In this document: positions 56,421 through 64,000 of the stretch, one piece after another | Layout: each line of letters opens with the position of its first letter | How positions within the stretch are numbered: position 1 is the first letter of the stretch | Assembly (NCBI GenBank): GCA_037443825.1 | Contig: JBBINP010000001.1 | Location: 1,430 to 65,429 of the forward strand | DNA length: 64,000 nt | From: Candidatus Moraniibacteriota bacterium | GTDB taxonomy: Bacteria; Patescibacteriota; Minisyncoccia; Moranbacterales; JBBINP01 | Reading direction: 5' to 3' | The notes under the pieces: model-generated | Database searches by the model: none | Told to the model about the DNA's origin: nothing | What the model saw: the letters and a program-made list of their open reading frames with translations, nothing else | Made by a program: the position numbers and the translations under genes

Positions 56421-56567
56421 TCAGATAATAATTTTTTTCGGCGGCAAGGAAGCATATTTAATTTTGAAAAGAATGCTGAAAAAAATAGGCGCTAATATTG
56501 AAATCATATCGCGTGGACATCGGGCGCTTGCGTATGTTATAGTTGAAACACAACAAAACAAAAAATT

Positions 56568-56984
56568 ATGGACAAAAAATCAAAAATATTGTTCATTGTT
56601 TTGGGGATAATGATTGCCGGGTCAATCGCGTTGACCTATTGGCGGATAATGGTTAAAAAGGATTATATTATAGAGGGACAGGCGGACTGCGATCCGTATA
56701 TCAGCAGGTGTTTTGTGTGGGAATGCGATCCGGCGTCAAACGAGGAAGGAGAAAAATGCACTGGCAATCCGGATGAAGATGTATGGCACTATCAAGTAGT
56801 GAGAAGAAAAGCTTTTAATATTCCGCTTTGCGATCCGGAAAGGGATGAATCTTGCAATCCGTGGGATTGCGCGGAAGGAGAAATGGATTGCTCGGTTGAT
56901 TTTTGCGCCGAAGATCGGTTAGAAACGCAATACGCCGCCTATTGCAGTGATCCGGTTAAATATTCCGAAGAGAGAATCCATTAG
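56568..56984 (+). CDS. membrane-anchored Cys/Asp/Glu-rich small protein. An acidic Cys-containing repeat tail continues in the +2 frame (56987-57097), suggesting a frameshift
   Basis: TM helix followed by 12 cysteines. Downstream in another frame lies EEESVGCEEESVECETEDGNECDPNSEECRNSKETE, which contains a 21-nt tandem repeat, has no start codon, and matches the compositional theme. Confidence 0.55.
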   Translation: MDKKSKILFIVLGIMIAGSIALTYWRIMVKKDYIIEGQADCDPYISRCFVWECDPASNEEGEKCTGNPDEDVWHYQVVRRKAFNIPLCDPERDESCNPWDCAEGEMDCSVDFCAEDRLETQYAAYCSDPVKYSEERIH

Positions 56985-57154
56985 CAGAAGAAGAGAGTGT
57001 TGGATGCGAAGAAGAAAGCGTTGAATGCGAAACAGAAGACGGAAATGAATGCGATCCAAACAGCGAGGAGTGCCGAAACTCCAAAGAAACCGAGTAATTT
57101 TGATTTTTTTAAGTCGCTGTTAATTTTGTAAAAAATAAAAGATCTTTTCGGTTT

Positions 57155-57340
57155 ATGGCCACATTGATTATTTTAGGGATTGTTTTTTTGTTTATTTTTT
57201 ATCTCATCGTCGATCTTTTGGCTATCAGCCCCAATCCGAATGTTTTTTTTGACAAATGGCTCAGAAAGACGCTTTGGATCTGGCTGCCTTTTTACGCTTT
57301 ATGGAAACTGTCCAAAGAAATTATTGCTAAAAACAGATAA
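57155..57340 (+). CDS. small membrane protein (61 aa)
   Basis: A single hydrophobic helix; weak evidence. Confidence 0.35.
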   Translation: MATLIILGIVFLFIFYLIVDLLAISPNPNVFFDKWLRKTLWIWLPFYALWKLSKEIIAKNR

Positions 57341-57368
57341 AAAAAATCCCCTCGCGAGGGGGATTTAA
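57341..57368. terminator. bidirectional terminator (AAATCCCCTCG/CGAGGGGGATTT palindrome), chiefly for rplT on the minus strand
   Basis: 11-bp perfect palindrome flanked by A8 on one side, which gives a U-tract in the minus sense. Confidence 0.65.
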
Positions 57369-57382
57369 AGTTATTTGAAATT

Positions 57383-57739
57383 TTATTTTAATTCCTGCTT
57401 TGTTTTTTCAATAAAATTTGAAAATATTTCCGGATGCGAAACGGCCATTTGGGACATTGCTTTGCGGTTCAGTTGAATGTTTTTTTCTTTTAATGTTTTG
57501 ATAAAGGAGCTGTATTTCAAACCGTGTTCGCGCAATGCGTTGTTGAAACGCAGAATCCAAAGACCGCGTTGCTCCCGTTTTTTGTTGCGCCGGTCGCGAT
57601 AGGCGTATTTGCCGGCCTTAAGAAGGGCTTCTTTGGCGGCGCGAAAATTGGATTTTCTTCGCCATCGAAATCCTTTGGCCATTTTAATTATTTTTTTTCT
57701 TCTTTTGGATGCGGCCGCGCCGCGTTTAACGCGAGTCAT
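57383..57739 (-). CDS. rplT: 50S ribosomal protein L20
   Basis: MTRVKRGAAASKRRKKI... Confidence 0.9.
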   Translation of the reverse strand: MTRVKRGAAASKRRKKIIKMAKGFRWRRKSNFRAAKEALLKAGKYAYRDRRNKKREQRGLWILRFNNALREHGLKYSSFIKTLKEKNIQLNRKAMSQMAVSHPEIFSNFIEKTKQELK

Positions 57740-57934
57740 TCCGGTGATAGAATTTTGACATTTTTCGGTCCGTTTGATCTAAACGCCAAAGTTCTGAAAA
57801 TTAATTTATTTAAAAATGAAACTATTATTCTAATTTTCACTTTTCTTTTTTTTGGGATGAAAATAAACCAAATAATCGTTGTCTGCCGCAATATCAGTAA
57901 AATACGGCACGCGGAAATCATCGGAAAATGAATG

Positions 57935-58135
57935 TTATTTGGCGTAAGGAAGCGCCGCCAACACATTTTTTTCATCGGCGGAAAACAGCCGCCGGTCGCT
58001 TCTTTTTTTGCGTTTGAATTTTCCGGTTTCGCGGGAATTGAAATGGTTTTGTTTCGTGTAACGGCGAAGAACTTTCTTTTTTCCGCTTATTTTTACTTTT
58101 TTGGCGACCGATTTTCTGGTTTTGAGTTTAGGCAT
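57935..58135 (-). CDS. rpmI: 50S ribosomal protein L35
   Basis: MPKLKTRKSVAKKVKISGKKKVLRR... Confidence 0.85.
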   Translation of the reverse strand: MPKLKTRKSVAKKVKISGKKKVLRRYTKQNHFNSRETGKFKRKKRSDRRLFSADEKNVLAALPYAK

Positions 58136-58192
58136 ATGGTTATGGATTTTATAAAACGCAAATCAAAAATTTATCTTTCTCGTTACTGTTTT

Positions 58193-58735
58193 TTATTGCG
58201 GGGCGATTAAAACATTAAAACCGCCTGGAAAACGTTTGATTTCCTCCTCTATCTTAAAGGGCAGGGAAATTCCGTTAATAAAATTTTTCAAAATCTTTTT
58301 CCCCAGGTCGGCGTGCGCTTTTTCCCGTCCGTGCAAAATAATTTCTATTTTAACCTTGTCTCCATTTTTTAAAAATTTTTCCACCTGCGCTCGCTTGAAT
58401 TCCAAATCATGTTTTTCGGTGCGGAAGCCAATACGGATGCTTTTAACTTCAATTTTTTTCTGCTTGGCTTGGGTCGCGCGCTTTTGTTTGGATTGCTGGT
58501 ATTGGAATTTTCCGTGATCAATGATTTTGCAAACAGGGGGTCGGACGTTGGGGGCCACTTCCACCAAATCCAATTGTCTTTCTCTCGCTATGGCCAGCGC
58601 TTCAACATTACTCATTTCTCCCAGATTATTTCCTTTTTCATCAATAACCATCACCCGCGGCAAGCGGATGTGTTCGTTGACTCTATAGCGCGGAAGTTCA
58701 ACTTTCCGCGGCTGAAATTTAAATTTTCTGCGAAT
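58193..58735 (-). CDS. infC: translation initiation factor IF-3, probable non-AUG (AUU/AUC) start
   Basis: Body matches IF-3 (VRVIDEKG...LDLVEVAPNVRPPVCKIIDHGKF). The conserved N-terminal region (NEHIRLPRVMVIDE) extends upstream of the TTG reported by the ORF track. No in-frame ATG; candidate ATT at 58735 or ATC at 58744. A stop lies at 58756. Confidence 0.8.
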   Translation of the reverse strand: MRRKFKFQPRKVELPRYRVNEHIRLPRVMVIDEKGNNLGEMSNVEALAIARERQLDLVEVAPNVRPPVCKIIDHGKFQYQQSKQKRATQAKQKKIEVKSIRIGFRTEKHDLEFKRAQVEKFLKNGDKVKIEIILHGREKAHADLGKKILKNFINGISLPFKIEEEIKRFPGGFNVLIAPQ

Positions 58736-58773
58736 GTCAGCGATTTTTAATGATTATGTTTTTTTGGCGCGTG

Positions 58774-59182
58774 TGGAGTTGATGGGAATCGCACCCATGT
58801 CCAAATTATTTTTAAAACGCTTTCTACAAGATTAGTCTGTTTATTGTTTCGGTTTTTCCGAAAGCAGTTGTTTGCCTTGAAACAAACAAAAAAACAAACA
58901 ACTTTCTTTGGGCATTGCTTCGCCTTCCGCCGCCAAAGAACCGCGGTTGGCTATTCTGATAGTTGACACCGGAAATTGTTTATCAGAAATCAACAATCCG
59001 ATGGCCTGGCTGTTAAATTAAGCCAAGGCGGGAGCGAAAGCCGGCGTCATTGCTCGCGCAAAGGCCGCTTTCACTTTTGAGTATAAGTTTGCACTTATAA
59101 TTTTTCGGGAAGTTTGCGACTTTACCGAAATAGTCGGCTTGCGAACGTTTTAAGGAACAATTTGTCGAAACTGAACAACCCC
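58774..59182 (-). ncRNA. ssrA: tmRNA (ssrA), ~409 nt, CCA not encoded
   Basis: Reverse complement starts GGGGUUGUUCAGUUUCGACAAAUUG (compare E. coli GGGGCUGAUUCUGGAUUCGACGGGAUUUG). The acceptor stem GGGGUUG/CAACUCC has a G3-U70 pair. The 3' end is GGAC-AUGGG-UGCGAUU-CCCAU-CAACUCC-A (compare E. coli GGAC-GCGGG-UUCAACU-CCCGC-CAGCUCC-A-CCA). A tag-region-like AAGUCGCAAAC is present. It lies directly downstream of smpB. Confidence 0.8.
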
Positions 59183-59250
59183 GTCTCCGTTTCTGGCTGG
59201 AAATTTCCAGTTTCCAATTTCCGATATCTTTAAATATTGGAAATTGGATT

Positions 59251-59706
59251 CTAAAAACTTTTTAAAACTCTTTCCATTTTTCTTTTGAATTCTTTTTTTG
59301 CGATACTCTGGCGTTTGTCAAATTGCTTCTTGCCCCGTCCTACCGCAAATTCCAGTTTAATCAAGCGTTTTTTAGTATACACACGAAGCGGCACTAGTGT
59401 CAAGCCCCCCACGGCTATTTTTCCGATTAAATGTTTGATTTCCGAACTTTTGAGAAGAATTTTGCGCGGGCGCGTCGGATTGTGGTTGGCAATTTTGCCA
59501 GCCGGCTGATAAGGAGGAATATTGGTATTGATGAGATAAAATTCGCTGTCTTTGCGGGCGATAAAACTGTTTTTCAGGGAAATGTGGCCGGTTTTTATGG
59601 ATTTTACTTCCGGTCCATAAAGCACCAAGCCGGCCTCGTAGCGGTCTAAAATTTCATAATCAAAAGTAGCTTTTTTGTTGACAGCAATAATTTTCATAGT
59701 ATTCAT
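59251..59706 (-). CDS. smpB: SsrA-binding protein
   Basis: MNTMKIIAVNKKATFDYEILDRYEAGLVLYGPEVKSIK... The start was moved to ATG 59706 (or 59697); the ORF track extends 5'. Confidence 0.9.
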   Translation of the reverse strand: MNTMKIIAVNKKATFDYEILDRYEAGLVLYGPEVKSIKTGHISLKNSFIARKDSEFYLINTNIPPYQPAGKIANHNPTRPRKILLKSSEIKHLIGKIAVGGLTLVPLRVYTKKRLIKLEFAVGRGKKQFDKRQSIAKKEFKRKMERVLKSF

Positions 59707-59995
59707 AATAATAATAGCAAAAAATGAAGCTTTTGACGAATATGCCGATAATTTTTCCGCGTTAAAATTTGCGCATAACATAAACTTCCTCGCGACAAGA
59801 TGACAATGTGTTGGGGTCAATTTTTATATTCCTTACGTAACAAGCCACAGGGAATTAGCCCCATATGGAGTAAAAGTTGCTTTATTTTAAAGCATTTGCT
59901 ATTATCTCATCAGAAAATGCGATCTAAAAAGGGCTAGTATTTTTAAAAATTAGAATACATAAATAAGTCAGTTCAAAAAACAGGAGGATTAGACA

Positions 59996-61267
59996 ATGAC
60001 AAAAAACAAGGACATTGAAAGCAGAAAAACTTTTGTTTTGGACACAAATGTAATAATTCATGATCCTGAGGCCATCTTAAGTTTTAAGGATAATGAGGTT
60101 ATCATTCCAATTCAAGTAATTGAAGAACTGGACAGTTTAAAAAAAGGCCATGGAGAAATTCCTTATTCGGCGCGACAAGCGCTTAAAATTATTGATTCCT
60201 TCAGAGATCAAGGAAAAATAGGCAATGGCATTTTTTTTCCCAGAGGCGGAAGCATTCGCGTTGATCCGACAAAAAGCAATGGCAAAAAGGTTTTCAAAAA
60301 ACAATCCGTAGACAATGATGTTATTTCACTGGCGCTTTTTATGAAAAACAAAGGAATGAAAAAAGTCGTTGTTATTTCAAAAGACGCGGCGGTAAGAATT
60401 AAAGCCGAAGCGCTGGGGGTTGTTGCTCAAGACTATTGGAAAGATAAAACAACCGTATTTCAAAAATACGGGCGAATTCTAGAAGAAGGAGTCCTCTCTG
60501 ACGGTATTTTTTCTGTGCGTTATCAAATTTTCAATTCAAATGTATGGAGGGTTTTTGGAGAAAATAATTTTCAAGAAACACGAGAAAGGTCTGTTTTTGA
60601 AATTTTTCCAAAAAACATGGATCAGATGTGCGCTATTGATGCGCTGACTTGTCCAAGTATTCAAATCGTAGCGCTGACTGGTAATGCCGGTTCTGGCAAA
60701 ACTCTTTTGGCTTTAGCTTCAGGCCTTCATCAAACTACCAAAAAAGATCCGCTTTATGAGCAAGTTTTGGTAACCAGGCCAATCGTGCCTCTGGGAGGAA
60801 ATGATTTAGGTTTTTTGCCAGGAGATATTGAGGAAAAATTAAAACCATGGATGCAGCCGATATTTGACAATCTGGAAGTGATAGTCAAAACACCAAAACA
60901 TTTAAAAGATCGTATTGACGCTTCTAAATACAAGAGCTATCAATACTTAATTGAAGGAGGAATTGTTCAAATAGAAGCACTTTCTTACATTCGCGGCCGA
61001 ACTTTACCGAAAAGATATTTTATCGTTGATGAGGCGCAAAACCTTCGACCTCTGGATATCAAGACGATTATTACGCGCTGCGGAGAAGGAACAAAAATAG
61101 TTTTTACCGGAGATCTTGGACAAATTGATGCGCCTTATTTAGACGCTCAGTCAAATGGACTGGCTTATTTAATAAGTCGCTATATAAAGGAACCAGAATT
61201 TTGTTATTTGCATCTTTCAAAAAGTGCTCGTTCATCAATGGCGGATAAAGCATCGCGGCTGCTTTAA
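59996..61267 (+). CDS. PhoH2-like protein (N-terminal PIN domain + PhoH ATPase)
   Basis: PIN domain (FVLDTNVIIHD...IPIQVIEELD); PhoH Walker A GNAGSGKTLLALA and Walker B FIVDEAQNL. Confidence 0.8.
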   Translation: MTKNKDIESRKTFVLDTNVIIHDPEAILSFKDNEVIIPIQVIEELDSLKKGHGEIPYSARQALKIIDSFRDQGKIGNGIFFPRGGSIRVDPTKSNGKKVFKKQSVDNDVISLALFMKNKGMKKVVVISKDAAVRIKAEALGVVAQDYWKDKTTVFQKYGRILEEGVLSDGIFSVRYQIFNSNVWRVFGENNFQETRERSVFEIFPKNMDQMCAIDALTCPSIQIVALTGNAGSGKTLLALASGLHQTTKKDPLYEQVLVTRPIVPLGGNDLGFLPGDIEEKLKPWMQPIFDNLEVIVKTPKHLKDRIDASKYKSYQYLIEGGIVQIEALSYIRGRTLPKRYFIVDEAQNLRPLDIKTIITRCGEGTKIVFTGDLGQIDAPYLDAQSNGLAYLISRYIKEPEFCYLHLSKSARSSMADKASRLL

Positions 61268-61530
61268 GTCTTGCCATGTTCTTAACTTGCCCCTGAATTT
61301 CAAAAATTTGGGGGCTTTTATTAATAGACATGTTGCTTAATAAGGCATACCACAATATATGGTGTTTCAAATTTCATAATTACACTACATATTGTTGATT
61401 TTTGAAAATGAGCTTATAAAGCAACAACTCTAATATTTTTTAACGATTAAAATTGCCGGTTTTAAAAGTTGAACATTGCCGCCGATTGTGTTAAATTTAA
61501 AAACGTAATTCGCAAAAATACAATGAATTT

Positions 61531-62598
61531 ATGCAACTGAAAATCGGCATTGTCGGTCTTCCCAATGTTGGAAAATCAACTCTTTTTAAAGCACTGACCA
61601 AAACACCGGTCAATATCAATAATTATCCATTCTGCACCATTGATCCGAACATCGGTATCGTAAAAGTTCCGGACGAACGCCTTTTAAAATTGGCGGAATT
61701 GCCAAAATCGGCCAAAGTAATTCCGGCAGTAGTGGAATTTGTGGATATTGCCGGATTAGTCAAGGGCGCGTCGGTCGGCGAAGGATTGGGCAACAAGTTT
61801 TTGGCCAATATTCGCGAAGTCAACGCTATTGCGGAAGTGGTGCGGATTTTTCAAAATTCGAACATTACGCATGTGCATAACAAAATTGACCCGGCCGGCG
61901 ACATTGAGGTCATTAACACGGAACTTATTTTAGCCGATCTGGAAACGGCGGAAAAAACAAAAGCGCGGCTGGAAAAAATTGCCCGCGGCGCTTTGCATGG
62001 CGACGCGAACACAGACGCGCGGAAACAACTGGAAATTGTTGATAAAATACGCGAAACTTTAGAGACGGGAAAATTAGCCAATGAAACTGATTTGGATTGG
62101 GAAAACGAAAACGTAAAAATGGTTATGCGTGAAATGCCGCTTTTGACTGCGAAACCCTTTCTGTATGTTTATAACGTTGCGGATGTTCGGGAAAAACTGC
62201 CTCCGGAATTGGAAAAGAAAAATCATATCAAACTGGATGTTAAAATTGAAGAAGAGTTGATGGAAATGTCGGAAGCAGAAGCGAAGGATCTGGGAATGGA
62301 ATCAAATGTTGATTTGTTGATAAAAAAAGCGTACGAATTGCTCGGTCTCATAACTTATTTTACCACCGGACCTGATGAAACGCGCGCCTGGACGATAAAA
62401 AAAGGATCTTCGGCTCCATTGGCAGGCGCGGCTATCCACAATGATTTTAAAGAAAAATTCATCCGCGCCGAAGTTATTCAATGGAAAAAATTGCTGGAAG
62501 CGGGCGGCTGGCTTCAGTCCCGCGAAAAAGGATTTTTGCGCATAGAGGGCAAGGAATATGTTGTTCAAGACGGCGATGTCATGGAATTCAAGATCTGA
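61531..62598 (+). CDS. ychF: ribosome-binding ATPase YchF
   Basis: G1 motif GIVGLPNVGKSTLF and the C-terminal TGS domain. Confidence 0.9.
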   Translation: MQLKIGIVGLPNVGKSTLFKALTKTPVNINNYPFCTIDPNIGIVKVPDERLLKLAELPKSAKVIPAVVEFVDIAGLVKGASVGEGLGNKFLANIREVNAIAEVVRIFQNSNITHVHNKIDPAGDIEVINTELILADLETAEKTKARLEKIARGALHGDANTDARKQLEIVDKIRETLETGKLANETDLDWENENVKMVMREMPLLTAKPFLYVYNVADVREKLPPELEKKNHIKLDVKIEEELMEMSEAEAKDLGMESNVDLLIKKAYELLGLITYFTTGPDETRAWTIKKGSSAPLAGAAIHNDFKEKFIRAEVIQWKKLLEAGGWLQSREKGFLRIEGKEYVVQDGDVMEFKI

Positions 62599-62634
62599 AC
62601 GGGCATATTGACAAGAAAAAATAATTTAATAGAA

Positions 62635-62667
62635 TATAATTTAGCAGTCAAAGCACGAGAGTGCTAG
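62635..62667 (+). promoter_or_regulatory. CIRCE-like HrcA operator (TTAGCAGTC-N9-GAGTGCTAG) immediately after a TATAAT -10, upstream of groEL
   Basis: Consensus is TTAGCACTC-N9-GAGTGCTAA. Here the left arm is at 62641-62649 and the right arm at 62659-67. TATAAT is at 62635-62640, and a TTGACA lies 21 nt upstream (non-ideal spacing). Confidence 0.6.
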
Positions 62668-62704
62668 TGATAAAAAATAAATTGTTAAATCGTCGTATTG
62701 TTAA

Positions 62705-64000
<1,296 letters not shown>

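Noticed and set aside
58409-58750. 113-aa plus-strand ORF
   Set aside because: It is antisense to infC, which carries the conserved IF-3 sequence on the minus strand.

Overview
This is a low-GC, gene-dense window. It carries a partly rearranged core of transcription and translation genes together with several accessory insertions. Its overall character is that of a reduced-genome, CPR/Patescibacteria-like bacterium; that placement is inference only.

Core genes: rpoB and rpoC; secE, nusG, rplK and rplA; glyA; gatB; the infC-rpmI-rplT operon; smpB; pcrA/uvrD; lgt and lnt; rsmA; ychF; phoH2; and a 3'-truncated groEL.

RNA genes, read directly from the sequence: tRNA-Pro(UGG) on the plus strand, tRNA-Ser(CGA) on the minus strand, and a tmRNA (ssrA) lying between smpB and infC on the minus strand. 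The tmRNA is invisible to the ORF track.

Accessory content is the most interesting part:
1. tRNA-Pro island (11.2-14.4 kb). Directly 3' of tRNA-Pro is a tightly coupled three-gene operon. It encodes an EcoRI-methylase-like N6-adenine methyltransferase, a BRO-N/DinD-like protein, and a DUF262(DGQQR)-HNH nuclease. It is preceded by the C-terminal remnant of an HTH gene.
2. tRNA-Ser island (27.0-34.3 kb). It sits 3' of tRNA-Ser and contains a LexA-like repressor with a +1 frameshift at an A6 run. The shifted frame runs without a stop codon or start codon into a beta-class N4/N6 DNA methyltransferase. Convergent with these is a Type I restriction-modification operon: an HTH controller, HsdR, and an HsdM-HsdS fusion.
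3. T4SS-like pilus cluster (36.9-43.7 kb). It has two paralogous VirB2/TrbC-like pilins, one of which carries a 16-Cys C-terminal domain. These are followed by a PrgI/VirB3-like protein, a VirB4 ATPase split into two ORFs, a small membrane protein and ComM.
4. dTTP-synthesis operon (20.2-25.2 kb). The gene order is glyA, dCMP deaminase, a T4-Gp1-like dNMP kinase, tmk, a tandem-duplicated ThyX with a degenerate N-terminal half, and a MazG-like NTP pyrophosphatase.
5. An MGMT-domain::TsaC(YrdC) fusion.
6. A candidate ~330-nt antisense ncRNA with its own promoter and intrinsic terminator (14.59-14.92 kb).
7. A Cys/acidic-rich small protein whose repeat tail is frameshifted.
8. A CIRCE operator upstream of groEL, with no groES.

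No CRISPR array, integrase or transposase could be supported.
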